DNA of 64,000 nucleotides. Source: Selaginella moellendorffii (lineage: Eukaryota > Plantae > Lycopodiophyta). The stretch covers positions 3,679,138-3,743,137 of the forward strand of contig NW_003314267.1 of assembly GCF_000143415.4 (NCBI RefSeq). Reading direction: 5' to 3'. Under the pieces are notes generated by a model. It saw only the letters and a program-made list of their open reading frames with translations. It did not search any database and had not been told where the DNA came from. How positions within the stretch are numbered: the stretch's first letter is position 1; the number at the start of each line of letters is the position of its first letter. A program made the translations under genes and the position numbers. This document shows, piece after piece, positions 22,035 through 33,800 of the stretch.

Positions 22035-23378
22035 TTATTTACAAACTGACTTAAGAAATGGATGCTTCAAAGCTTCATCAGGAGTTATTCGCTTACTGGG
22101 ATCTAGAGTAAGCATCCTCTCTAACAAGTTCTTGAATCTCGCCATCAGCGCTCCATCTTCCCCTGTAAGATCTGAAATACAACTTGTCTTAACATTGAAG
22201 GACGCCATACTTCTCAGAGTTTCCAGCTTTGTCACGGGATCTAGCTGCCGGAACTCAAAGTTCTCGTTGAAATGCATGCCCGTAAACGCTCCTTTCTTCA
22301 ACATCGCCTTTGGAAACGCCCCCTTGAGCTCCATTTGCTGCTTGAGAAGCCCGTTGTTAGTAGCAACAGGAAAGAGGAACTTGCCCGTGTAGAGCTCATA
22401 CAAGCAGCAGCCGGCAGACCACATATCGATTGGGTGGCTGTAGGGAGCCACCCCGAGGATGATCTCCGGTGCCCGGTAGCTCGGACTCACCAGGTATGGG
22501 GTCTCCGCGGACGGGGTTTGATCCCTCGCAAACATGGCCACCCCAAAGTCGCACAGCTTGATCGATCTCCGGGACTTTGTGACCATGATGTTGTCAGGCT
22601 TGATGTCGCAGTGCAAGATACCGCAATGGGCCAAGTGCTGGAGGGCAACCATGAGCTGGTGAGCATAGACACAGATGGTTTTGAGATTGATACCTCTGTT
22701 TCGTCCGTACTTGTTTGTGATCTGCCGGAGGTTTAGATCCAGGAACTCCATCACCAGGCACAGATGCTCGCGATACACAAAGCTGTCGAGGAGCTTCACG
22801 CAGTGGTTGTCTTTGTTCGTGGCCTCCGGCTCCGCCACCTTTTTGAGGATCTGGAGCTCCGACTTTGCAGACCGGAGCATGAGATCGTTCTTCCGGGGGA
22901 TCTTGATGGCAACCTCCTGCTGGCACTCTGGCAAAAGGGACTTAGCCAGGAAAACCGTGGAGAACATCCCGCTTCCTATGGATGCCTTCACCTGGTATTT
23001 GGAGTTGATTGTCTCGCCAACCCGGGCCTTGTAGTAGAACTCTTGATCGTGCCAATTGTCGGGGTTGTCGTTCCTTACCCCTTGTCCAGAAGCCTCCGGA
23101 TTTATGATTTCTGCGAGTGGCGTCTCCGTAAACATGTCTTGAGCTGGAGGACTCGATGATTTGTCGCAAGAATTACTGGCGATCTTGGCAGTGTCATGAG
23201 GAACAGGGTTGCCGAGAGAAACACTCTCCTGTTCTACTATTTGTCCTTCTTCTAGTGCATGCTTCTCCAGGATTGCCTGTCTCCTCTTCCTGCTTTCCTC
23301 TCTAACTCTTTCCACCATTGCATCTTCGTCCTCTTCTACTCTTATCTGGTAGTTTTCGCTCCTCTTTCTTCGGCCCAT
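22035..23378 (-). CDS. PRP4-type kinase, intronless, copy 2
   Basis: Near-identical intact paralogue of 15531-16874; most differences are in the N-terminal part. Confidence 0.9.
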   Translation of the reverse strand: MGRRKRSENYQIRVEEDEDAMVERVREESRKRRQAILEKHALEEGQIVEQESVSLGNPVPHDTAKIASNSCDKSSSPPAQDMFTETPLAEIINPEASGQGVRNDNPDNWHDQEFYYKARVGETINSKYQVKASIGSGMFSTVFLAKSLLPECQQEVAIKIPRKNDLMLRSAKSELQILKKVAEPEATNKDNHCVKLLDSFVYREHLCLVMEFLDLNLRQITNKYGRNRGINLKTICVYAHQLMVALQHLAHCGILHCDIKPDNIMVTKSRRSIKLCDFGVAMFARDQTPSAETPYLVSPSYRAPEIILGVAPYSHPIDMWSAGCCLYELYTGKFLFPVATNNGLLKQQMELKGAFPKAMLKKGAFTGMHFNENFEFRQLDPVTKLETLRSMASFNVKTSCISDLTGEDGALMARFKNLLERMLTLDPSKRITPDEALKHPFLKSVCK

Positions 23379-24127
23379 GTCCAAAACCTAGGGCTTTGCT
23401 TCCTTTTATTTTCCTTTTTGTTAAGGACAAGTTTATTCTTTGACATTATATACTACAATGAGCAAGATATCCACCTGATTGGGGAGCTCCTAGGTCACAC
23501 TATTGCAGCTAAATCTGAAGCGTTCGCTCCAGGAAGTTTTGATTGTGTGCAACAGAGTATATGTCAGTTTTCTCAAGAAACTGATAGAATTCATGTGTGC
23601 GAAACACGTGAATATTCCTGCCTGTTATATTTCTCCTTTGAAGTGAGCGAACACTTAAAGATTTGTGTGCAAACAAAGAAACGAAGTAGCTCATAGTCTC
23701 TCACCTGGGGTGGATATCCTGTACACTGCCGAAACCTGACAGGACTTCTCATACGTTCTGGGGCGAAACACAGTGTCAACCGGAGCCACTCGTTCATTGA
23801 TATCCTTTTATTTTTGACAAATTCTCAGGAGAGTAACTTTGTCACGAGTTTCTTGAGGCCAATCTTAGAGGTATATTTCATGTGATCGTTGTCACAGACA
23901 CGAGATCATCGAAACGGAACAGCCAATTATTATTGGCTCACATTCCTGGCGCGAGAGGTTGGGGAACCACGAATAATTTTAAAAATCTTTTAAAGGTCAA
24001 GCCCTAGAAAAGCCCTAAGAATGTACTTTAGGGTTCTTCGTGGCGTGGGCTCGCTCCAGATGATTCGTTTGTGAGGTATTGGCCTAGATCTTCGCTCTCC
24101 AGACGCTAGATCTCGGGGGATCTGGCC

Positions 24128-27100
24128 ATGGCGGCGGCGGACGCTGTCACTGCAGCTGAAGAGCAGGACAAATGGCTCGCGGATGCCATGGCTCTGGTCC
24201 AGCACAATGCCTTCTTCATGCATCGGGCGCTGGTAAGCTTGTAGCATGCATGGAGGATCAAAAGGACATTGATCCATTGGTTTTTCTTCTTCCTCACTGG
24301 TTGCATTTTCGCTCTTCACGCAGGATAACAACAACTTGAGAGATGCTTTGAAGTACTCTGCGCAAATGCTATCGGAGCTTCGCACCTCCAAATTGTCTCC
24401 ACAGAAGTACTACGAGCTGTGTAAGTGTTTTCCTGTCTCTTTGTTTTTCTTTTTTCCTTGCTTGGCTCGACTCACTATACTCACAAATCGAATGCTTCAG
24501 ATATGAAGAGTTTTGACGAGCTTCGGAAGCTCGAGTTCTTCTTCAAGGACGAGACGAAAAGAGGCCGCACGAATGCCGATCTCTACGAGCTTGTTCAGCA
24601 CGCTGGCAACATCTTACCGAGGCTGTATGCTCTTTTTCTTTTTCTACTCTTTCTTTCATTCTCCTGAGACGTCGTTCGTTTCTTTCAGGTACCTGCTTAT
24701 TACAGTAGGCTCGGTGTACATAAATTCCAAGGAAGCTCCCGCAAAGGACGTCCTGAAGGATTTGGTTGAAATGAGCCGTGGTGTCCAGCATCCCATTCGT
24801 GGTTTGTTCCTGAGAAGCTACTTGGCTCAAGTCAGTCGCGACAAGCTACCAGACGTTGGCTCCGAATACGAAGGGTATGTTTTTAAGTTTGCCGTTGCTA
24901 AGCTCACAACGCAATGCAGGGAAGGAGGTAGTGTCAATGATGCCGTGGAGTTTGTGCTTCAGAATTTCACGGAAATGAATAAGCTCTGGGTCCGGATGCA
25001 ACACCAGGTCAGTACACACCATCTCGTGTCAAGAATGTGAGAGAGCATGCACCTTAGCTCATGAAGTGTTCCTGAACGGAGGAAGGCTTGAGAGTCCTGA
25101 ACGTAGTCTTGCGTATGCAGGCTTTTGTTATGAGGGTCAGGATGATTTAAGGCTATTCTGCAGGGACCCGCTCGGGAGAAGGAAAAGCGAGAAAAGGAGA
25201 GGAGACAGCTGCGAGATTTGGTATGTTATGCTAAGCGCCCTGGACAAACTTATACCTCCTCTCTGGCAGGTTGGGAAAAATCTTCACGTTCTAAGTCAGC
25301 TTGAAGGTGTAGATCTTGCAATGTACAGGGATGTGGTCCTCCCAAGAGTGCTCGAACAGGTATGTTTCCATGTTCTTGAGAAATATAAACTCTAAAAGAG
25401 CACCAGGTTGTTAATTGCAAAGACGAAATCGCACAGTACTATTTGATGGACTGTATCATCCAAGTGTTCCCCGATGAGTTTCACCTGCAAACTTTAGAAT
25501 CTCTTCTAGGAGCATGCCCCCAGCTACAGGTTTGTTATTTCTTTTACTATGATTGCTTTACAACTAACTGTGGTATGCAATCTTAGACCACTGTTGATGT
25601 CAAGACGGTAATGGCACAACTTATGGACAGGCTTTCGAACTATGTCGCCTCTACACCAGATGTCCTACCGGAGATTTTACAAGTAGAAGCTTTTGGCAAA
25701 CTCAGCACTGCTACCATGAAGGTACGTAAGACCAGGCTTCTAGAATTTTTTGGAGATTTATTGTTGTTGCAGGTTATAGATGCTCAACCTGACATGCCGC
25801 TTGTAGGTGCTGTTAGTCTTTTTGTGGCTTTGTTAACCTTTACTTTGAGAGTACACGCTGATCGTCTGGACTATGTCGACCAAGTTTTGGTAAGCAACTT
25901 TGTCTGGTTATTACTGAGGTGCTCAAATCATTATTGATCAGGGTGCCTGCTTTAAGAAGCTTGAAGGAAGGGGGAAGGTTAAAGACAGCAAGGCTACTAA
26001 ACAGATTGTGGCCTTGTTGAGTGCACCTCTAGAGAAGTACAATGACGTTGTCACTGTGTTGAAGCTTACGAATTATCCACGGGTTATGGACCACCTGGAT
26101 TATGAAACGAACAAGAGTATGGCAGTGACTATTATCCAGTTCATTATGAAAAACAACACGCTTATATCGAGTGTTGATAAGGTGACGATAAAATCTTTTT
26201 TCAGGCAGTTTTTTAAAATGCAGGCCAGGTGGAGGCACTTTTTGAGCTTTTAAAAGAACTTATCAAAGACAGTGAAGGGAATCCCGCGTTAGACGAGGCA
26301 AGTCCAGCTTATTAAAAAAAGAATCCGTGGCTGACTTTCATGCTCATTCGTAACAGATTGATGAAGAAGACTTTCAAGAGGAGCAAAACCTTGTTGCTAA
26401 ACTAGTACATCTTCTAAAGAACGATGATGACACAGAAATGTTTAAGGTAGTGATTCTTGGAGAAGGTCGTTGCCTGTAATACAAACTTCAAAACCTTTGC
26501 AGATTCTGGAAGCAGCTACAAAACACTTTACAGAAGGAGGTTCAAAGCGTCTCTCCTTGACTCTACCTTCACTCGTATTCTCGGCATTGAAGGTATATAC
26601 AGTTCAGAGTTTATTTGGCTCTAACGTGTTCTCGGTAAAGTTTGTGCGACAATTACAATTCCGAAATGCAACGGACGAAAGCCCGGTTTCTCCAAAGAAA
26701 GTTTTCCAATATCTGCATCAGGTAACTTGGACGCACTAATTTTATCACAACCTTAATTTCTTTTTCACTCAGACGATTGAATCGCTATCAACAGTGCCTG
26801 CTCCGGAGCTGGCATTACGTTTATATCTTCAGTGCGCGGAGGCTGCCAGTGACTGTGACTTGGAGCCTGTTGCCTATGAGTTCTTTACGCAAGCGTTTAT
26901 GCTTTACGAAGAAGAGATCGCTGTGAGTGTCGTGGCGAATTTATTTTCTGAACTTCGTCTTAACATTCATGTGCAGGACTCTAAAGCACAAATCACGGCA
27001 ATGCACCTGATCATCGGGACATTGCAGAGAACTACTGTCTTTGGGGTAGAAAACAGAGACACGCTCACTCACAAAGCTACAGGGGTAAGCTTTGCTCGTA

Positions 27101-27677
27101 CTTTCAGACCGAATCTCACTCTCGCTCTTGCAGTACTCGGCGAAATTGCTAAGAAAACCGGATCAATGTCGTGCCGTGTATGCTTGCTCGCATTTGTTCT
27201 GGAACGACGACGGTGGGACTCAAGACGGGGAGAGGTACGTTTCTCTCGGCACTGGATTAACTCTGTGAATCCCATAACACTGTCAAAACACTCAGGGTGC
27301 TACTGTGCTTAAAGCGAGCTCTCAGAATCGCCAATGCTGCTCAGCAAGTGTCCAGTGCAAGCAGGGGAAGCAGCGGACCAGTCACTCTCTTCGTTGAGAT
27401 ACTGAACAAGTCTGTTTTGCTAGATTTCGTTTCTTTCGTTTGAAACACTAAACTATTTCATTTCAGGTACCTCTACTACTTCGAGAAAGGCGTCCCGGCT
27501 GTAGCGAGCAGCCTTGTCCAGGGACTCCTGGAGCTGATCATGACGGAGACTCAAAGCGAGAAAACATCCAAAGACGCGGCTGTGGATGCTTTCTTCGCAA
27601 GCACGATGAGGTACATACAGTCCCAGAAACAAAAGAGCGATGCGTCTGGAGAGCGGTATGGTACCATTCAGATATAG
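24128..27677 (+). CDS. VPS35: Vacuolar protein sorting 35 (retromer), about 20 exons
   Basis: [104 protein letters not shown]. Confidence 0.97.
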
Positions 27678-27864
27678 CGCGGTGGAAAAAAAAAAAAAAA
27701 GAAGGCTCGTTGTGTATATCCTCCCATTCCAAATAAGCGAAATTTTTTTTAAGCGAATGACTTTAACTTAAAACAGTGACGTGCCATGTATCTCAGCCGT
27801 TAAAACTAGACGAGAAAGGTATGATCCCTTTATATATAAGGTTTATCACTTGGAGAATAGGTTA

Positions 27865-28740
27865 ATGGCGTTTATCAAAGAACACTACGACTGTGTGGCA
27901 AGGGAGACAAGGGACGAGCGTAGAAAGAGTCGCGTGATTCGCCTTCGGCAGCTAAACAACATGGTAAAACAGTGTCTCTTGTCTGAGTTGATCGGTGGCG
28001 CTGGCGACCACAAAGCTTCGAATATCAAGGTCTTGGATCTGGCTTGCGGCAGAGGAGGCGACATCTTCAAGCTGGAGGGGCTGGGAGTGCGCAACTACGT
28101 GGGAGTGGACTTCTCCCCAGAACGAATCAAAGAGGCCGAGGAGAGAGCTCGAGCCCTAAGATCCATGGCAGCCAAGTTTGTGGAGCACGATTGCTTCTCG
28201 TCAAGTTTGCCCCAAGACGTCACGGCGGAGGGACCGTACGACGCTTGCAGCTGCCAACTTGCGATACACTACGCTGCATGCGACGAGGCCACCGCGCGGA
28301 CGGCACTGGAGAACATCTCGGCGTCGCTCAAGCCGGGGGGATTGTTCGTAGGCACCACGGTCGACTCGCGGGTGGTTTTGGAGAAGCTAAAGAGGGTGGC
28401 GGGCAACACGGAGCTGTCCAACAGTGTGTACAAGCTCGCCTTGAAGCAACCCGTCAAGGAGGAGCTAGTGTTTGGCAACGAGTACAACTTTGCGTTGGAG
28501 GGCGTGGTGAACGACTGCCCGGAGTACCTTGTGTTCTTCGATGCCTGGGAGAAGCTTGCGAGGGAGTATGGTCTCAAGCTCGTCATGCACGCAAATTTTA
28601 AAGAGTTTGCTTGGAAGCACAGGCTGGGCAGGAAGATGGGCGAGCTCACAGGGGCGGAGAAGGAGGTTTTCCCTTTGTATTGCGTCTTTGCTTTCGAAAA
28701 GTTGCCCTGTATGAGCAGGAATAAGAAGCTCAAACGATGA
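27865..28740 (+). CDS. mRNA cap guanine-N7 methyltransferase (RNMT/Abd1 family), intronless
   Basis: IKEHYD, LRQLNNMVK, SAM motif VLDLACGRGGD, SCQLAIHY, LKPGGLFVGT, FGNEYNFALEGVVNDCPEYLV. Confidence 0.88.
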   Translation: MAFIKEHYDCVARETRDERRKSRVIRLRQLNNMVKQCLLSELIGGAGDHKASNIKVLDLACGRGGDIFKLEGLGVRNYVGVDFSPERIKEAEERARALRSMAAKFVEHDCFSSSLPQDVTAEGPYDACSCQLAIHYAACDEATARTALENISASLKPGGLFVGTTVDSRVVLEKLKRVAGNTELSNSVYKLALKQPVKEELVFGNEYNFALEGVVNDCPEYLVFFDAWEKLAREYGLKLVMHANFKEFAWKHRLGRKMGELTGAEKEVFPLYCVFAFEKLPCMSRNKKLKR

Positions 28741-28837
28741 AATAAGTTACTATGCTCACTCTGGAGCTTAGATTGTAAGATCAACACTATACCCTTTTTA
28801 AAAAATGTTTCGTTTTTGCTAAGATAAACCAATTTTT

Positions 28838-29417
28838 AGGAGCGCTCGAGCTTTGCAGGCATGGCGCGGATTCGCCAGCGCCTCTGCTGCTTGGATTCGC
28901 AAGCGCCGTCGTTGCCGACGCCTTCTCCTGCCTCCAAGCATTTGATCAGGTATGGATTTTCGAGGCTCTCTCGAGAAATGTAGGCAATGGCCGTGTGGTT
29001 TCGTCGCAGAATGGATAAGAAATCCATCGCCGACGACTGTGACCTGTCTCCACATGCGATTTCCCTTATCAACTTAGAGCTGCTGTTGCGGAGGCAGCTC
29101 CTTCACAGCGCTGATCGATCAGTGCTTTCTAAGCAAAGACAGTTATTTTTCTTTTCTATTTCAGAGGCGAGAGGTGGAATGGATGGGGGAAGTGGTCTCT
29201 CCTGGATGCTCCACAGGACCAAGATCTCTCCCTGGTGTGGTGGTCACGGGAGGAGCTTTTACTGCTGACTCCCAGGGGGATCGAGTAGTTAGTGAAAGGT
29301 GGTTCAAAGGCCTGGGCTTATCTCCGGAGACGCGGAGTTTCTGTATTCGATGCAGCTCCGAGTTCTGGAAAGCATGAGTGTGGGGGATCTCTGAAAGAGC
29401 TGTGCTGTTTTCCGGAA
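28838..29417 (+). pseudogene. Condensed Nup133 5' fragment
   Basis: Patchwork of about 30857-31300, 31855-31990, 32250-32292 and 32470-32535 of the intact gene. Confidence 0.93.
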
Positions 29418-29855
29418 ACGAAGAGATCGTTGTGAGTGTGTGGCATATTAATTTTCTGGACGCTGCAGAGAAGTACTGTTTATGAGAAAACAGAGACACG
29501 CTCACTCACAAAGCTGCAGGGGTAAGCTTTGCCGGTACTTTCAGACCCAGTCTCACTCTCGGACTTGCAGTACTCGGGGAAATTGCTAAGAAAGACGGAT
29601 CAATATCGTGCTGTGTATGCGAGCAAGCATTTGTTCTGGAATGAGCATGGCGGGACTCAAGACGGAAAGAGGTGCATTTCTCTCAGCAGTAGATCTGTCA
29701 AAACTCTCAAGACACTGTCAAAACTCTCAGGGTGCTGCTGCGCTTAAAGCGAGCTCTCAGAATTGCCAATGCTGAAGCAGCGCCTCTCTTCGTTGCAATA
29801 CTGTTCAAACTAAGTTCATTCCAGTTACCTCTACTACTTCGAGAAAGGCGTCCCG
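29418..29855 (+). pseudogene. Condensed VPS35 3' fragment
   Basis: Collinear with about 26907-27497 (GAAAACAGAGACACGCTCACTCACAAAGCT; TACCTCTACTACTTCGAGAAAGGCGTCCCG), introns included. Confidence 0.93.
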
Positions 29856-30108
29856 CTCCCGCTCGCAGCAGGTCCTTGATTGTAGTTAAAGCCGAGTGAT
29901 CCCTCTCAGCGGGAGTGGACTTTATCTTCGAAAGAATCAAAAAGAGACCTCGACCTTGGCAGCGAAGTTGACACGCTTGCAGCTAACTTGCAATACAGTA
30001 CGCTGCCACCGTGGGCAGATGGCTTGTGCGTGGTTTTGGACAGCATCCATGAATTTCTCTCAACACAACTTGACTTGCCTCTCATTTATTTAAAGCATAG
30101 ACAGCATC

Positions 30109-30432
30109 TCATTCTGAACAGGTTATAGAGAAGCTGAGAAATGGAAACCCCCAGTCCTGACATTCTTCGTAAGTTATGGGCTCAGGTAGACCTCCACAAT
30201 TTGGTTGTACGAAAATATCAATGAGATTCCCATCGAAGTGAATCTTGTAACTTTGAACTCCTTCTAGAGTCTGGCACTGACCACAACTAGAATACTTATC
30301 AATTTGCTCATCACAACCTGATGCAGCATACGTAGTGATGGTGGTGTCAGCTCCCACACTCCCAGTAACCAATGCAATCACAACTATGATGAACGGGATC
30401 ACATATACACTAGCCTTGAGCACTCCAGCCAT
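30109..30432 (-). CDS. MiAMP1-like (beta-barrelin) secreted Cys-rich peptide A, 107 aa
   Basis: Signal peptide; six-Cys pattern GC....YSSCGQC...Y...FDG....F....C.G.......C..WGF..SF.I.C like MiAMP1; TATA-like motif upstream. Confidence 0.8.
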   Translation of the reverse strand: MAGVLKASVYVIPFIIVVIALVTGSVGADTTITTYAASGCDEQIDKYSSCGQCQTLEGVQSYKIHFDGNLIDIFVQPNCGGLPEPITYEECQDWGFPFLSFSITCSE

Positions 30433-30836
30433 ATTCACTGCTTGCCATTGATCCAAAGTTTTAGTGTTATATAGCTCAACTCAGCTGCCTGCGTGCAACT
30501 CGTGGGATGATTGTGTGATCTTTTTGGGCATAAGTTAAGCAGCTTTTAAATTTTCATTTCACGTGGGACACAGCTGTGAACAGCTTAGCGTAATTAGTTT
30601 ACCATCAGCAATTATTTATGTTGGAGTGCACATGTGTGGAAATGCTCCAAACTTGGTCCTATTTGGCGTCAAGCGCAAGAGCTTCAGAGCCTCGATAATC
30701 CATGCCATGGATTATCGTCGGCTAGGTATAGGAGATTCCACACGTGAATCATCCTTGTCCAAGAGAGATTGAGGAATATGCCCAGTCATTTCTACAAAAG
30801 TGCTTAAACCCTAGCGTTTTTCTAGGGCTTAACCGG

Positions 30837-33800
30837 ATGTTCTCTCCCGCCTCGCGAGGCGCTCGAGCTCGCAAGGCTCCGCAGCGGCATGGCGCGGATT
30901 CGCCAGCGCCTGCGCTGGGATCTGCTGCCACCGCCTCCAGCTCGCCTCAAGCGCCGCCGATGCCGACGCCTTCTCCTGCCTCCAAGCATTTCAGGTATGG
31001 ATTTTCGAGGCTCTCTCGAGAAATGTAGGCAATGGCCGTGTGCTTTCGTCCTAGGATGGCTCCCATTTTGAAGAGTGGAGACAAGAAATCCATCGCCGAC
31101 GGCTGTGACCCTGTCTTCGTGTGCGATTTCCCTCATCAGCTTAGAGCTGCTGTTACGGAGGCAGCTCCTTCACATCGCTCAGGCAAGTCGATCGATCAGT
31201 GCTTTCTAAGAAAAGACCGATTCTTGTTTTCCTTTTCAGAGGCGAGAGGTGGAATGGATGGCGGAAGTGGTCTCTCTTGGATGCTCCACAGAACCAAGAT
31301 CTTCGTGTGGAGCCATTTGCGCAACCAGGCGTCGTCAGAGTGTAAGATTCTCAACGTCCCACCACAGCTTTGCACGGAAGGCGATGGTCAGAGTATTGAT
31401 TCCAGACATGGAAGTAGCTGGCTCGTCCGGATTGTGAATCGTGGGAAGGAGTCTAGTCTCGTGAAAGGTCGCGTTTCAGCTAGCCTCGTTCTATGCAGTC
31501 AGAAGAGCTTGACGGTGGTTTACTGGCCGGATATTTTTAGGGACACAGAGATCTTGCCTGTGGTGGCTATGCCGGATGACAAGCTTCTTCAGATAGATGA
31601 CAGATATGGTGGAGCTCCCGGACGGAGGTCTTCTTCGTCGTCGTATGGTCCTCAAGCAGATACAAAGCCGGTGAAGTCACTCATTGCCACAGGACTTAGA
31701 AACCTGGAATGCGTAGCCATCGCCAGCTGCTTGGGGAACTTATGGAGGTTTGACTGCTCCGTGTCTGGGATTTCCTGGCGGTCTGTAAATGCTGAGGTTC
31801 GTGGGAAGAGCGACAACTTTGGGCCTTTCGATTTCAACAACAATGGCATAGTCCGCTCCCTGGTGTGGTGGTCACGGGAGGAGCTTTTACTGCTCACTCC
31901 CAGGGGGATCGAGTGCTGGGACGTGCAGTTAGTGAAAGGTGGTCAGCTCTCAAAGGCCTGGGCTTACGATATCTCCGAAGACGCGGAGGTTTTGAAGGAT
32001 CTAACGAGTCAGAAACAAGTGTGGCTTCTCGATTTGCAAGTTACTGCGGAAAAGAACCTGACCGTGCTAGCGGCATCTTTATCCAAGGATCGAGTCACGA
32101 GCTCCAGTTACATGCAGTACTTCATGCTCACTTTTCTGTGTGCACCACCTTCGGGTAGGAGATTCGGCGAATGCTGTGACCCGCAGTTCAGATGCGTCAA
32201 GAAGAAAGCTCCAGCACAAGTTATCTTACCGAAGGCTCGAGTAGAGGTGGAGGAGTTTCTGTATTCGATGCAGCTCCGAGTTGGTGGAAAGCCTGCCGGT
32301 TCAGCCATGGTTCTTGCAGGTGATGGCACCGCAACGATCTCTCATTACTTACACGGCGTTGGTCGGCTATACCAGTTCGATCTTGCATGGGATGCCGGCA
32401 GAGTTTTAGACGCTTCTGTGGTACCTTCGGTTGATGACAGCGACGAAGGCGCTTGGCTTGTTTTGACCGAGAAAGCAGGAGTGTGGGGGATTCCTGAAAG
32501 AGCTGTGCTGCTTGGTGCTGTTGAGCCTCCGGAAAGGAGCCTCTCGCGGAAAGGCAGTGCTAAAGACGAGTCCGTCAAGGAGCAGAGGCGACGATTAGCA
32601 GTCGAAAGCACGGATGGTGTGGGAAAAGTCCTGACAAGGAATTCCACTCAACGTCTTCTCCAAGATGAAGAAGCAGAGGCAACAGTCGGTCAGCTATTTC
32701 AACATTATGTGACTACTCGGCAAGTGATCGCGGTCTTTGAGAAGCTACAGAAGACCGGAGCATTCGATGACGAAGGCGAAATGAATATTTTCGCTCGCTT
32801 CAGCAAGTCAATTGTCGATACAATAGCCAAGCATTGGGCTTCGGGTGGAGCTGGAGGTGCAGCCACGATGGCCATTACTTCGCAACTTACTGAGAAACAA
32901 AAGCGCCATCAACAGTATCTGAATTTTCTCGCAGCTTCTAAATGTCATGAGTTCCTTCGGCACCAACGAAGTAAGTCCGTGTATTAAGTTTCTCTCTCCG
33001 TTTTTGGCTGCTGAACAACGTCTTGACCAGGGAGTAGTCTGCACACGATCCTGGAGCATGGTGAGAAACTTGCTGCGTTGCTAAAGATCAAGGACACGTA
33101 CAACTCTCGAGCTCCTGGCCAGAGCGGTGGTGAAGCAGAAGAAGCTCAGATTACTGGAGCTCTCTGGGATACAATTCAGCTAGTCGGAGAGAAAGCTCGC
33201 AGAAAGAATGTGATGCTCATGGACAAGGAAAAGATGGAGGTGTTTTTTACGCGGGTATCAGACATAGAAGAGCTTTTCGGTTGCATCGATGAACACAGTC
33301 AAGCTATAATCGGGCAGGAGATGTCACTGAAGTCACAAACCGAACGCTTATGCGAGGTTGCCGACGCCTGCTCCTCTGCTGTTAGAGCTGGCATTCAGTA
33401 CAGAGATACACAACAGACATGGTATCCGTCTCCAGAGGGCTTGACGCCCTGGTACTGTAAAGCAACAGTGCGTTCCGGATTATGGCGACTGGCGACCCAT
33501 CTTATGGACGTCCAGACAGAGCTTGACGTCCAGTCAAAGGAAAAGCTGATGGTATCTCTTGCTGATATAGCCGATGTTCTTCTCGAAGGCTATGCCGGTG
33601 CTATTTTGGCCAAGATAGAGCGCGACGAGGAGTACCGAGGCTTGCAACTCGAGTACTGGAGCAGACGTGATAGTCTTCTACTGACTCTTCAACAGCATGA
33701 AAGAGAAGCAGCCGAACTGGCTTCTCAGGTAAAGATCAGTTGTGTGACATACATGGCTCTAACTAACGTCGTATTTGGTGTGTAGCACGCTGAAAGCGCC

